Positions 29,542 to 39,954 are shown, numbered from the stretch's first letter. The stretch is DNA of 64,000 nt from Candidatus Heimdallarchaeota archaeon (GCA_019057815.1 JAHLWR010000001.1:224001-288000); one strand, 5' to 3'. Notes: generated by a model not told the origin, from the sequence alone. Program-made: numbers and translations.

Positions 29542-30292
29542 TCAATCTGTTTCCCGAAATTCTTGAAGATAACAGTCAATTAACGCTTCAAGTAGGATAT
29601 TTGAATAAGATATAACTACCTTCTTCTCTATAAACTCATCTGTAACATGTAATTTATCCATTCTTCCAGGACCAAAAATCACGAAGGGTGTGTTTTTAGG
29701 AGGGATTAAAATCCCTGCGTCAGTTCCGTAAGCTAACCGATTTTTTCCCCCCCACCCATCTTATGTGCTTTTTCTTTCAAGGATGTAATGAAATCTGATT
29801 GTTCATTATACTCAATTGCAGGGATGGTGAAAATATATTCTAGTTCAGCTTTTGCTTTATTTTCGCGATTAAACTGTGAAATAGTTTCTTCAAACTTAGA
29901 TCTAATCTGATTATCATCAATACTAGATGGTAATCTATAAATGCTGCAACAGCACCTTTCATATCAGTTGAGCCTCGACCATAGATATTATCATCATATT
30001 CCTCTCCGCTAAGAGGAGGATAAGTCCATCGCTTTTTATCCCCTGAAATAACAGTATCAATATGGCCAGTTAGAATAATAGATTTTTCACCCTCACCATA
30101 TTCAGCTATTAGATTAGCATGGTCTTCTTTATATTCTTGGATTTCACATTTGATACCTCCTGATTTGAGAATGTTTGCAATAAATTTTACAGCCTCAATA
30201 GTTCTACCAGGAGGGTTTTCAGTGTTGAACTGTATTAATTTTCTAAGTAAAGGAATAACATCATTTTCAGTAATTGTTCCTTCGTACATCAT
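29542..30292 (-). pseudogene. Degraded tandem copy of the M20 (ArgE/DapE) peptidase
   Basis: The N-terminus parallels 30373..31506 up to MKGAVAAF, then jumps to IDY (equivalent to LDY of the intact copy). A frameshifted C-terminal remnant YGTDAGILIPPKNTPFVIFGPGRMDKLHVTDE ends at TGA 29542. Confidence 0.85.
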
Positions 30293-30372
30293 TTCTCAAA
30301 TTAATTTAAAAAAAAGAGAATTAAAGGTGTTTCGGGAAGAAATCTTTCTTCTAATATCCTCTTTTAATGCTT

Positions 30373-31506
30373 TCATTTGTAGTGTTTTAGAATTGTATCG
30401 AGTATGATATTTGAATATAATACCACTTCTTCTTTCAAAGTATATTCATCAGTAACGTGCAACTTGTCTAACCTTCCAGGTCCAAATATTGCAAAAGCTG
30501 TGTTATTCTCAGGAACGAGGATAGCTCCATCAGTCCCAAAAGTTACTCCAAAGATTGAACCGTAGTTATCTTTTTCAGCTCTTCTTTTGAGAAGGTCTAA
30601 GAATCTTGACTCTTGGGTCATATCAATTGAAGGTGTATCCTGCATAATTTCCATTTCTGTTTGAGATTTATTGTTTTTATTGAAATCACTTATAATGGTT
30701 TGAATTGATTCTTTAATGGTTTCACGGTCTATATTGGGTATAATGCGATAATCCAATGTGAATTCACAATACTCTGGTACAACATTTGGGGCCGTTCCCC
30801 CCTTTATTTGACCAATGTTCAATGTGGATTTACCAAGAAGATGATGATTGAGATTAGGAACTATTTCTTTCATTTTAGGTATAAGTTCAGTAGCAGCTTC
30901 AATTGAATTAACTCCTAAATGAGGTGTAGAACCATGAGCTGATTCTCCTGTAATTTTTATTTTAATCCATAGTACTCCTTTTTGAGCTTTGGCAATTTTT
31001 AACTCAGTTGGTTCGCCAATAAGAATGAAATGGCAGTTTTCCATCACACCCGCTTTCTGTGATACTTTAGCCCCTTCCATCCCTATTTCTTCATCAGAAG
31101 TAATCAAGAGTTTTATTTTACCATTCAATTTTACATTCTGTTGCTTGAGATATTTGATTACAGCCATGAAAGAGGCAACAGCACCTTTCATATCAGTAGA
31201 ACCACGTCCATAGATTTTTCCGTCATGTTCTTCGCCACTAAATGGAGGGTATGACCATTTAGATTCATCTCCAGCTGGAACTACATCAATATGTCCACAT
31301 AATATAACGCTCTCTTCTCCTTCTCCATATTCAGCTATTAAATTTGCATGGCCTTCTTTATATTCTTGGATTTTACATTTTATACCTAAGTTTTCAAACA
31401 TTTCTGCCAAATATTTTATAGCTTCAATTGTTTTGCCTGGAGGGTTAACTGTTCTAAATTTAATTAATTCTTTTAATATAGGAATTACATCATTTTCTAG
31501 AATCAT
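30373..31506 (-). CDS. M20-family metallopeptidase/deacylase (ArgE/DapE-like)
   Basis: GHIDVV, YGRGSTDMKG, DEEIG, GEPT, GTDG and HVTDE motifs. Confidence 0.93.
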   Translation of the reverse strand: MILENDVIPILKELIKFRTVNPPGKTIEAIKYLAEMFENLGIKCKIQEYKEGHANLIAEYGEGEESVILCGHIDVVPAGDESKWSYPPFSGEEHDGKIYGRGSTDMKGAVASFMAVIKYLKQQNVKLNGKIKLLITSDEEIGMEGAKVSQKAGVMENCHFILIGEPTELKIAKAQKGVLWIKIKITGESAHGSTPHLGVNSIEAATELIPKMKEIVPNLNHHLLGKSTLNIGQIKGGTAPNVVPEYCEFTLDYRIIPNIDRETIKESIQTIISDFNKNNKSQTEMEIMQDTPSIDMTQESRFLDLLKRRAEKDNYGSIFGVTFGTDGAILVPENNTAFAIFGPGRLDKLHVTDEYTLKEEVVLYSNIILDTILKHYK

Positions 31507-31551
31507 TTTATCACCAAAACTCTTTGATTGTAAGAAATTCTTTTATTGACA

Positions 31552-33159
31552 TTAAATCACTTCTTCTGAAATATGTTTTCTTAATTTAAATTGCTTATAA
31601 TTACTTGGTCGAAGGAAGAGATACGCAATAATACCTATAACAGCTATTAATGCAGCTATATAAAAAGTGATAATATATGCATATGCATCTAAACCAAAAT
31701 CAGTTACTGAAGCCATAACACTATTCGCATATGAAGATAGAGAAGAAAGATAGAGATTAGGATCAGATATTCTAGAAACAATTATAGCATTTGTAATTGG
31801 TTTTGTGAGAAAAGCTATTCCAGTACTCAATAGAATAATATATCCTATCAACCATGAGAGATTTAGATACTTCTTTTTTTTCACTGGAAGTACTTTTTTT
31901 GAAAGTAAATATATCAACAACCCAACAATTACAAGAACCATAATTGTGTAAATCATAATTATTACAGAATTAGAGGCAACAATGGCATCAGCTACTGGTC
32001 CTGTTAGAATTGTTCCACCCAATCCCCATGCTAAAAAGAAAGCAGCGTTATAATATCCCATCATTCTCCCCCTTCTTTCTAGAGGAACGACTCTTGTTAC
32101 CATGGCATAAGAAGTTGTTTGTATCCAAACTCGCGATGTACCTTTAAGAGCCATATAAATGAAATAAATAACTATACTAGAAGCGAAAGGAAGGGAAATA
32201 GTAGCTATAAATACTAACGAAAAACCAATAAGTAACATACGGTCATCACCGAAACGAGTAGTGAAAAATCCAATAGCTAAACCTGCTATAATCATTGCAA
32301 TGCTACTTGTGTTTCTTAATTGCGCTATCACAATATCAGAAGCTGCAAATGTGTCTGGTAAGCGAGTATAAATTTGAATCATTTGACCTATGCTGTTTCC
32401 ACCGATGTTTACAATAGCTACAATAATGATTAACCAAACAAACAGTTTCCAGTTCCAGATAGATGAAGGCTTCTTACGATTTTTCAATGCTAAATCTGAA
32501 TTAATTTCTTGTTTTACATTATTTTCTTCTATCTGTTCTTCTAAATCAGCATATGATTCAGGAATTAAAAACAAGGCAACTATGCTAAAAACCATAATCC
32601 CAGATGAGATATAGAAGAGAGAACCATCCCAAAACCCTAATCCGCTATTGTAGAGAAATCCACTAGCAGTAACGCCCAAAACATTTCCTATCCCACCAAC
32701 AAATTGTAACCTACCCATGACTTTGCTTCTTTCTGTATCTTTAGTTAAATCAGCAATTAGAGTTGACCAACCTAAATTGCTACTACTCCATCCTGCTTCA
32801 ATGACGGTAAAACCTATAATTATTACAAAAGCTGCAGCTCTTAAACTGTTATTCGCTCCAACACGTTTATGTATCCAGAACACCACAAGATACCCAATTG
32901 CTGCGTATGTTTCACCAAAGATAATTAGTAGCCTTCTTTTCTTGAATCGATCAGAAATTCTACCCCACAATGTTGATTGAGCAACAATATTTACGACCAT
33001 TGGCAATGTTGCAAAAAGAGTCATCTCGGTGTTTGATACTCCAAGAAATTCTTTCAAGTAGATACTAAGAAAAAAATAGAAAATACCACGTCTAAACATT
33101 GTCATGACTTGAAATATTGATAAGCTCACAAAGTGTTTAGTCTTCAATTGGTAAAGCAC
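31552..33159 (-). CDS. MFS transporter (extended C-terminal TM region)
   Basis: WGRISDRFKKRR motif A; many TM segments. Confidence 0.85.
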   Translation of the reverse strand: MLYQLKTKHFVSLSIFQVMTMFRRGIFYFFLSIYLKEFLGVSNTEMTLFATLPMVVNIVAQSTLWGRISDRFKKRRLLIIFGETYAAIGYLVVFWIHKRVGANNSLRAAAFVIIIGFTVIEAGWSSSNLGWSTLIADLTKDTERSKVMGRLQFVGGIGNVLGVTASGFLYNSGLGFWDGSLFYISSGIMVFSIVALFLIPESYADLEEQIEENNVKQEINSDLALKNRKKPSSIWNWKLFVWLIIIVAIVNIGGNSIGQMIQIYTRLPDTFAASDIVIAQLRNTSSIAMIIAGLAIGFFTTRFGDDRMLLIGFSLVFIATISLPFASSIVIYFIYMALKGTSRVWIQTTSYAMVTRVVPLERRGRMMGYYNAAFFLAWGLGGTILTGPVADAIVASNSVIIMIYTIMVLVIVGLLIYLLSKKVLPVKKKKYLNLSWLIGYIILLSTGIAFLTKPITNAIIVSRISDPNLYLSSLSSYANSVMASVTDFGLDAYAYIITFYIAALIAVIGIIAYLFLRPSNYKQFKLRKHISEEVI

Positions 33160-33372
33160 CTTTCTTTAGTTTTTTAAATCAATAGACTCTTTTTTGCTTC
33201 TGTTTCAAAAAAAATACAAACGGGTTATTAAGATTATGTTTTGGATTATTTTGCGTTTTTCACTTATGAAAAAACCATTAATAGGATAGTGTATACATAA
33301 CTTAAGTATCATTAATAAGTGTCCAAATTACAAAAAGTAATAATTCTCATCAAAAGATAGGATAGGATTTAT

Positions 33373-33708
33373 GTGTCTGTTTCTACAAAAACATCTTTTA
33401 CCTACAGAAGTATACTTTCTATTGGATTAGTGATACTTGGGTTATCCTTAATAATAGTTAGAATTTGGATTGATAGCTCTTTATGGAAAATAGTACTTAT
33501 TGCTGTTGGAGCATCTATTGCATTATTTGGATATTTATCAACAAGAACCATTTCTCAATTAAATGACCATAAGTGTCCTATTTGCAAAGGTACAGGAAGC
33601 ACTTGTTCAAGAGCTTGTATTAGTTGTTCAATTAAATCTTCTAAATGTACATATTGTAATGGTACTGGTAGAATAGTAAAAGAAAGCAAAGAAAGGACGA
33701 ATCTTTAG
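33373..33708 (+). CDS. Small 2-TM membrane protein with DnaJ-type zinc finger
   Basis: Two hydrophobic helices followed by CPICKGTG...CRACISC...CTYCNGTG. Confidence 0.75.
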   Translation: MSVSTKTSFTYRSILSIGLVILGLSLIIVRIWIDSSLWKIVLIAVGASIALFGYLSTRTISQLNDHKCPICKGTGSTCSRACISCSIKSSKCTYCNGTGRIVKESKERTNL

Positions 33709-33750
33709 GCTGTTCTTTTGCAGGTTTCTTCTCTTTTATTTGAAAAATCT

Positions 33751-33762
33751 TTTATATGCTTT
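33751..33762 (+). promoter_or_regulatory. TATA box of the thrS leader transcript (TTTATATGCTTT)
   Basis: Same 12-mer as upstream of proS. Confidence 0.65.
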
Positions 33763-33785
33763 GATTCTTCCTTTATTTGAGGACA

Positions 33786-33818
33786 ATGAATAAAGGTGAA
33801 TGCGAAACAAACAGATAA
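33786..33818 (+). promoter_or_regulatory. Putative thrS leader uORF MNKGECETNR (Thr codon ACA at 33807-33809)
   Basis: ATG AAT AAA GGT GAA TGC GAA ACA AAC AGA TAA; shares TTTGAGGACAATGAA..AAGGTGA with the proS leader. Confidence 0.6.
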
Positions 33819-33889
33819 AGATTTTATTGTGCCTTTATTTAGTAATTATGTACTCTTTGATCCTAATAGTAAAGTTTTGAGGTGTTTAC

Positions 33890-35815
33890 ATGTCAATGGT
33901 AGAAGTTACTTTGCCTGATGGTAGTAAAATAGAGATAAAAAAAGGTAAAACGGTCTTAGATGTAGCTGAAAACATAGGACCAGGTTTAGCAAAAGCTGCT
34001 ATTGCTGGTAGGTTGAATGATGACTTTGTAGATTTAACTTGTAAAATCGTAGATAATTGTAATCTTGAGATTATTACACTAAAATCTGATGATGCTTTTC
34101 ATATCCTCAATCATAGCGCAGCTCATATCATGGCAAGTGCGGTTGTAAAAATATTCCCAAATGCCCGTCCAACCATCGGACCTGCAGTTGATGAGGGATT
34201 TTACTATGATTTTGCAATTGACGAACCCTTTTCTCAGGAGGATTTAGAGAATATCGAATCTCAGATGAAGGAATTCATAGAAGCTGATACACCCTTTGTA
34301 AGGGAGGATATCTCCATTAAAGAAGCGATAGAATACTATAAATTAACTGAAGATAACAAATTCAAGGTAGAAATACTTGAAGAAATTGATGATAGTAACT
34401 CAATATCATTTTATAGTCATAATAATGGGGATTTCAAAGATTTATGCCGAGGACCGCACGTTCCCTCCACAAAGAGAGTGACAACTGTTAAACTACTTAG
34501 TGTTTCCTCAGCTTTCTGGAGAGGTGATGCTAAACGTGAGTCACTTCAACGAATTTATGGGATAGCTTTTCCAACAGAAAAGGATCTTAAGAAGCATCTT
34601 AGGATGCTTGAAGAAGCTAAAAAACGCGACCATAGAATTCTTGGCCCACAACTTGATCTTTTCGACACTGCAGACGAATGGGGGCCTGGAATGCCTTTAA
34701 TCTTTCCCAAAGGTCGAGTTATTCTAGAAACTATGAGAAACTTTTGGGAAAAAGAACACAAGAAAGCTGGATATGAGATAGTACAAACACCTCACATATT
34801 CAAAGAAATAGTATGGCAAACAAGCGGTCATACTGAATATTTCATCGAAAATATGTTTCCTGTAGATTTACGAGGAGAACTTTGGTATGTAAAACCAATG
34901 AACTGTCCAGGACACATGATGATCTACAACAGACGTGCTTATTCATACAAAGAATTACCTGTACGTATTGGAGAAATGGGAACTGTTTATCGATATGAAT
35001 TATCTGGAGTTTTGCATGGTCTATTTAGAATACGTAGTTTTACTCAAGATGATGCACATATATTCATGCTACCTTCCCAACTAGAAGATGAAATTGTCAA
35101 TGTAATAAACATGGTTAATCATTTCTACAAGACTTTTGGGTTTAAGGAATGGGAATATTTCATAAGTACTAAACCTGCAAAAGCTATTGGAACAGAAGAA
35201 GGTTGGGAACATGCAACTAATGCACTGATAAATGCCATGAAACGTGTTGATATACCTTTTAAAATTAAGAAGGGTGATGGAGCTTTTTATGGTCCTAAAA
35301 TTGATGTTGATGTCAAAGATGCAATAGGGCGAAAATGGCAACTATCAACCATTCAAGTTGATTTCAACTTACCTGAAAGATTTGACATTAATTATTTAGG
35401 AGAAGACAGTCAAAAGCATAGACCGTATGTTATTCATAGAGTAATATATGGTGCAACGGAGAGGTTCTTAGCAATACTAGTCGAACACTATGAAGGTAAA
35501 ATGCCTGTTTGGTTGAGTCCTATACAAGTTGTAGTTATTCCAATTACTGACAATCATGTAAATTATGCTAAAAAAGTAGTTGAAGAATTCAGTAAAGCAG
35601 AAATTCGCGCAGAAGCAGATACGAGCGGTGAAAGAATGGAATATAAAATCCGTCAAGCTACTTTAAACAAAATCCCATATATACTAAATGTTGGTGATAA
35701 AGAACTTGAATCTAAGACAATAGCAGTGAGATCCAGGGGAAATAAAGTAGAATTTGGGGTAAACATTCCAGACTTTATCAATAAAATACTAAAGGAAATT
35801 GAAAATTATCAATAA
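33890..35815 (+). CDS. thrS: Threonine--tRNA ligase (bacterial/eukaryotic architecture: TGS + editing domain)
   Basis: VTLPDGS (TGS), HSAAHIMA, DLCRGPH, RDHR, KPMNCPGH, FTQDDAH, GAFYGPKID motifs. Confidence 0.97.
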   Translation: MSMVEVTLPDGSKIEIKKGKTVLDVAENIGPGLAKAAIAGRLNDDFVDLTCKIVDNCNLEIITLKSDDAFHILNHSAAHIMASAVVKIFPNARPTIGPAVDEGFYYDFAIDEPFSQEDLENIESQMKEFIEADTPFVREDISIKEAIEYYKLTEDNKFKVEILEEIDDSNSISFYSHNNGDFKDLCRGPHVPSTKRVTTVKLLSVSSAFWRGDAKRESLQRIYGIAFPTEKDLKKHLRMLEEAKKRDHRILGPQLDLFDTADEWGPGMPLIFPKGRVILETMRNFWEKEHKKAGYEIVQTPHIFKEIVWQTSGHTEYFIENMFPVDLRGELWYVKPMNCPGHMMIYNRRAYSYKELPVRIGEMGTVYRYELSGVLHGLFRIRSFTQDDAHIFMLPSQLEDEIVNVINMVNHFYKTFGFKEWEYFISTKPAKAIGTEEGWEHATNALINAMKRVDIPFKIKKGDGAFYGPKIDVDVKDAIGRKWQLSTIQVDFNLPERFDINYLGEDSQKHRPYVIHRVIYGATERFLAILVEHYEGKMPVWLSPIQVVVIPITDNHVNYAKKVVEEFSKAEIRAEADTSGERMEYKIRQATLNKIPYILNVGDKELESKTIAVRSRGNKVEFGVNIPDFINKILKEIENYQ

Positions 35816-35894
35816 CCTTTCTCCATTTTTCTTTTAACTGATTTTAAAAATTATTAGAAAACAGGATATTATAAATAAAAGAAAAAGAGAGAGA

Positions 35895-36581
35895 TTACTT
35901 TTGCATTTTAGCAAACTCTTCTTCAATATGAGCAATTTTTATACCTAAACTGTCCATAAGCTGGAAACACCAACCTAACCAGACATTAACAAAACCTTTA
36001 GCTCCTGCATCAACTACTCCAGCTTCTTTTAAAACAGGCAATAGATTAGGAGTATTTTCTAACGAAGAAACAGCCTCTTTATATGATTCTATTATCATTT
36101 CTGACCAACCTCCGTCCCCATCAACGATTTCTCGAGCCTTATTAGCGGTATCCTTCATAACTGTTAAAATCGTACCTTCCGCAGGATTTAAAACAGCTTC
36201 ATAAGCCCATTCAGAGCCAGTTTGAAGAGCTTTAGCAAATTCTTTAACTGTAACTTCATCATATTCTTCGATTTCAGCGCTAAAACCTTGGAAGAATTGG
36301 GAGATAATAACTCCAGAATTTCCTTTAGCTCCCATAAAACTCCCTTTTGTTAATAATTCTGCAGCTTCACGAACTGAACTGGGTTCAACATCATTAAATT
36401 GTTCCACAACAGTACGCATGGTCAAAAACATATTAACGCCTGTGTCACCGTCTGGTATAGGGAAGACATTTATAGCGTTTATTTCTTCTTTTGTTTGTTC
36501 TAGATTATTTGCAGCAGATATGACCATTTTTTTCAGTGTTATTCCGTCTAACTTTGAACTGTTTAACATCATAATTTTCAC
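35895..36581 (-). CDS. Stand-alone DAK2-domain protein (N-terminal half of fatty-acid kinase FakA-like proteins)
   Basis: INAINVFPIPDGDTGVNM, GAKGNSGVIISQ, EGTILTV, AGVVDAGAKG; ends at 228 aa. Confidence 0.88.
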   Translation of the reverse strand: MKIMMLNSSKLDGITLKKMVISAANNLEQTKEEINAINVFPIPDGDTGVNMFLTMRTVVEQFNDVEPSSVREAAELLTKGSFMGAKGNSGVIISQFFQGFSAEIEEYDEVTVKEFAKALQTGSEWAYEAVLNPAEGTILTVMKDTANKAREIVDGDGGWSEMIIESYKEAVSSLENTPNLLPVLKEAGVVDAGAKGFVNVWLGWCFQLMDSLGIKIAHIEEEFAKMQK

Positions 36582-36826
36582 CCATCTTGTGGGTTAGATA
36601 CCTTCGCTTTTAACATATTTGATGCCTTATTTAATATTTACGTGCTTTTCCCGTCATATAATATGGCTTCATATGCTCTTCATGAGAGTGCGTCTATCAA
36701 AGATGGTTACAAAGTCTTTATAAAATTATTCATATTTCAATATTATACGCGTGGAGAATAGTGTTTTCGTAATTAATGAAAAAAGAAAGATAAATTATGC
36801 TTTAAATTATTTAGTCCTTAATTGCA

Positions 36827-39760
36827 CTATTCTAGAAGTAATGCAGGTTTCATTGGTCTGGCTTTTTGGGCTTTCTTTTGTGGATCATAAATCTCTTTTT
36901 CGTCAGCCATATGAATTAGGATTTTAGCTTTGTTGTATTTATCACTTATGAATTCTGTATATCCTTCTATTGCATTTTTTTGGTTTTTGGTAGATAGTAT
37001 TTTGATCCGAAAAATTGTTGGATCTTTCAGCATTAATTTTGCTTCATTTGCAATTTCCTTCATGTATTTACTTAGTTCATTATTATCTTTAGATGCTGAC
37101 ATTACTTTTCCTATTTGTACTGCTTCTTCCTCAAATATTTTTTTTGCTAATTCATATAATACATTCTTCCATTCTGCGTTGATGTAAATATGAATCTTCT
37201 TTGGCTTAGTTTTAACCAATTTAACTATCTGTTCAATATCTTCCATTAAATCAGTCATATATTTAGATTGCAGAGCATATAGTAAATCTTCATTAGTAAT
37301 AACAATATCTGGAATTAGTTTCAACGAAACATAGTCTGTATACCCCATTCTCTCATTCAACTCTTCACAGATATGAGGAATTGCTGGTGCCATAATAATG
37401 ACTATCTTCTCAATAATGTCTCTTAAAACAGCTTTTTTCTCGGTTTTTGGTAGATGTTCCGCTATTTTATAATATTCATCAATCGCTCTTATATTTGCAT
37501 AGAATCCATCTAAAATATAGTCTCTTGCATTGAACTTCTCAATTGCTTCTAGTGCACTTTTTAGGTTGGTTTTTACAGAAGAATGCAATATTTTTGATGG
37601 GAATGAGTAGGCAATGTTTTTCTTTCCAGTGGTATCTGTTACACTTAAAGCATATTCCCAGAATTTCCTCAACCTTTGTTTAGCATAATTCACTTCTGTA
37701 TCTTTCCATTCTAACACAGTCTCTGGTGTTGCAACAGATGCTAGATGTAATCTTGTTAGGTCAACACTGTATTTCTCCGGAACAAGGGCTATTGGAATAA
37801 CATTTCCTTTACTCTTACTCATCGCTTCTCCGAAACGACTTACCATATCGTTTAATGAGAAAGCAGGTAACCAGTATTTTTCAGGGAATATCGCTACATG
37901 GTGAAAGATTGCGAATGATAAATGATTAGAGATATGATGAATAGCTGTATGTCTAAGATCATTAGGATACCAATACTCAAATTCTTCTTTCATTTGTTTT
38001 ATAATATGTTCTGATAATTCTGTTTTCTTACTTACTTCCTTAATGTCACCTTCATCTAGAAGGATATAATCAAACAGCATAGGTTTCAGTTGATTAGCTT
38101 TTATATTGTTCTTTTTTATGTGTTTAACAATTGTGTAATATGCCATATAAATCACTGAATCACTCAGTGACTCAATTATCCATCCTTCTCCTTTTGTTAA
38201 TGGAAATTCTGTTCCTAGTCCTCTTCTTCTCACACAAGGTCTTTTATCTAACCAATTGAAAGTATTTTCAAAACTTTGTCTATATTTTTCTGGAATGATT
38301 GTCATTTTATTTAATGCTTCGAATGCTTTTTTATTCCATTCAGCATCTCCATAATTTAGGAAATATTGGTTCTGAATAATTGCTACAATAATTTGACCAC
38401 CACATCTACAAGAAGCTTTAGCAGATGTCTCATAAATAGGTGCTGCTAAATTAATATCAAATAGAACATCTGCGATTCTATCTTTTGCCTCTTCAATTTT
38501 TAATCCTTCGAAGTCTCCTGTATTATCCTTCATAATCCCAGAGTAATATTCATCCTTGTAAATCGTTTGAGTAGCCTTTTCTAATTTTCCAGTATCTTCT
38601 TGCGATTTAACACCCAATTTCTGACATAACTCTACTGCTGGAAAATCACCATAGTCTTTTACTTTAATCATGGATATAGGATTTATTTGTTTCAGCTTTT
38701 CAGAATTTAAAGCATATTTTTCAATTGTTTTTTCATCTTTCTGCAAATCAACTAAAGCAGTATAATCATAAGGAGCATGCCCAGGAACACTATAAACGAT
38801 ACCAGTAGCATGATCAGTATCAATAAAATTAGCTGGGTAAACAGGAATTTTACTTTTTGTTATTGGAACTTCAACAATCTTGTCTAAGATTTCTTCACCC
38901 TTCAGCTCTCTAATTATGGTGATTTTATGATCTTGTTCCATTAGCTTCATAGTTGCTTCTTTAGAAATTATCCATGTTTCATCATCGATGGAGATTTCAT
39001 TATAGAAACCATCAGGATGTATCCAAACATTGGTTGCTCCGAATATTGTTTCGGGTCGAAGTGTAGCTGCAACTAAAAAGGAGTTATTTTCAAGAATGAA
39101 TTTAATACCAACAAACTCAGTAACTTCTACTTTAATCTCATCTCCTGCTTGAATGTCATCTTCACCAACAGCGTTTTTATCGTTTATGCACCATAAAATA
39201 GGGTGATTTCCTTTAGTAATAAGGTTTTTATTGTTTAGCTTGATGTATTGCCATTCAATGAATTTGTTGTATTCTGAATCTCCTGTAGTGAATTGTCTAG
39301 TAGTATCAAGTGAATATCCCATTTTTAGAAAATCTTGAATTATTTTCTTTGCAAAATAACTAGCAACATTTTCTGGTTTTGTAAAAGAAGAGATTACTTC
39401 CTCAATTCTTTTTGTATCCTTTTCATATATTGAAATGTATTCACGATATTTTTTCCATTCATCTTCATCGTTATTCCGAATTTTCCAGGATACAGCGAGA
39501 ACTGGAGTACCAGTTATATGAAAACCCATTGGCCACAAAACATTGTATCCTTGTTGTCTTTTGTATCTGGCAAATATATCACCTAAACCATAAGTTCTAC
39601 TATGACCTATGTGAAGAGGAGCAGTAGCATAAGGATAAGACACTGTTAGAAACCATTTTGGTTTGCTCTTATCAATAACACCTACGAAAACATTATCTTC
39701 TTGCCATTTCTTTTGCCATTTCTTTTCGATCTCACGTATTACTTCGAGAAAATTCGTCAT
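36827..39760 (-). CDS. leuS: Leucine--tRNA ligase, archaeal/eukaryotic type
   Basis: YPY...LHIGH, GFHITGTP, ATLRPET, SVPGHAPYD, IESLSDS, AMSKSKGN, KARPMKPAL; ATG at 39760 (GTG at 39769 is an alternative). Confidence 0.97.
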   Translation of the reverse strand: MTNFLEVIREIEKKWQKKWQEDNVFVGVIDKSKPKWFLTVSYPYATAPLHIGHSRTYGLGDIFARYKRQQGYNVLWPMGFHITGTPVLAVSWKIRNNDEDEWKKYREYISIYEKDTKRIEEVISSFTKPENVASYFAKKIIQDFLKMGYSLDTTRQFTTGDSEYNKFIEWQYIKLNNKNLITKGNHPILWCINDKNAVGEDDIQAGDEIKVEVTEFVGIKFILENNSFLVAATLRPETIFGATNVWIHPDGFYNEISIDDETWIISKEATMKLMEQDHKITIIRELKGEEILDKIVEVPITKSKIPVYPANFIDTDHATGIVYSVPGHAPYDYTALVDLQKDEKTIEKYALNSEKLKQINPISMIKVKDYGDFPAVELCQKLGVKSQEDTGKLEKATQTIYKDEYYSGIMKDNTGDFEGLKIEEAKDRIADVLFDINLAAPIYETSAKASCRCGGQIIVAIIQNQYFLNYGDAEWNKKAFEALNKMTIIPEKYRQSFENTFNWLDKRPCVRRRGLGTEFPLTKGEGWIIESLSDSVIYMAYYTIVKHIKKNNIKANQLKPMLFDYILLDEGDIKEVSKKTELSEHIIKQMKEEFEYWYPNDLRHTAIHHISNHLSFAIFHHVAIFPEKYWLPAFSLNDMVSRFGEAMSKSKGNVIPIALVPEKYSVDLTRLHLASVATPETVLEWKDTEVNYAKQRLRKFWEYALSVTDTTGKKNIAYSFPSKILHSSVKTNLKSALEAIEKFNARDYILDGFYANIRAIDEYYKIAEHLPKTEKKAVLRDIIEKIVIIMAPAIPHICEELNERMGYTDYVSLKLIPDIVITNEDLLYALQSKYMTDLMEDIEQIVKLVKTKPKKIHIYINAEWKNVLYELAKKIFEEEAVQIGKVMSASKDNNELSKYMKEIANEAKLMLKDPTIFRIKILSTKNQKNAIEGYTEFISDKYNKAKILIHMADEKEIYDPQKKAQKARPMKPALLLE

Positions 39761-39924
39761 AATAATCACTTTGTTTCTCCTTTTGTCTATAGTTCACTGA
39801 TGATTCCATACAACGCTTTGAATTGTAGAGCCAAAACGCTAAATTAAAAGCTTTACTTCCAATCATTAGAATAGATTTTCCTAAGAATAAAATCTGGAAA
39901 CCACTAAATTTCAAAGGTAGAGCT

Positions 39925-39954
39925 TCAAATGGGAAGAACACATTCACCAGTCAT
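39925..39954 (-). promoter_or_regulatory. Putative leuS leader uORF MTGECVLPI (Leu codon CTT at 39936-39934)
   Basis: Minus strand GGAGAATAATATA ATG ACT GGT GAA TGT GTT CTT CCC ATT TGA; same G-E-C core as the thrS uORF. Confidence 0.55.

Noticed and set aside
39732-39947. 71-aa minus-strand ORF overlapping the leuS start
   Set aside because: Its GTG lies inside the GGTGA of the leader uORF, its composition is atypical and it has no recognisable family.
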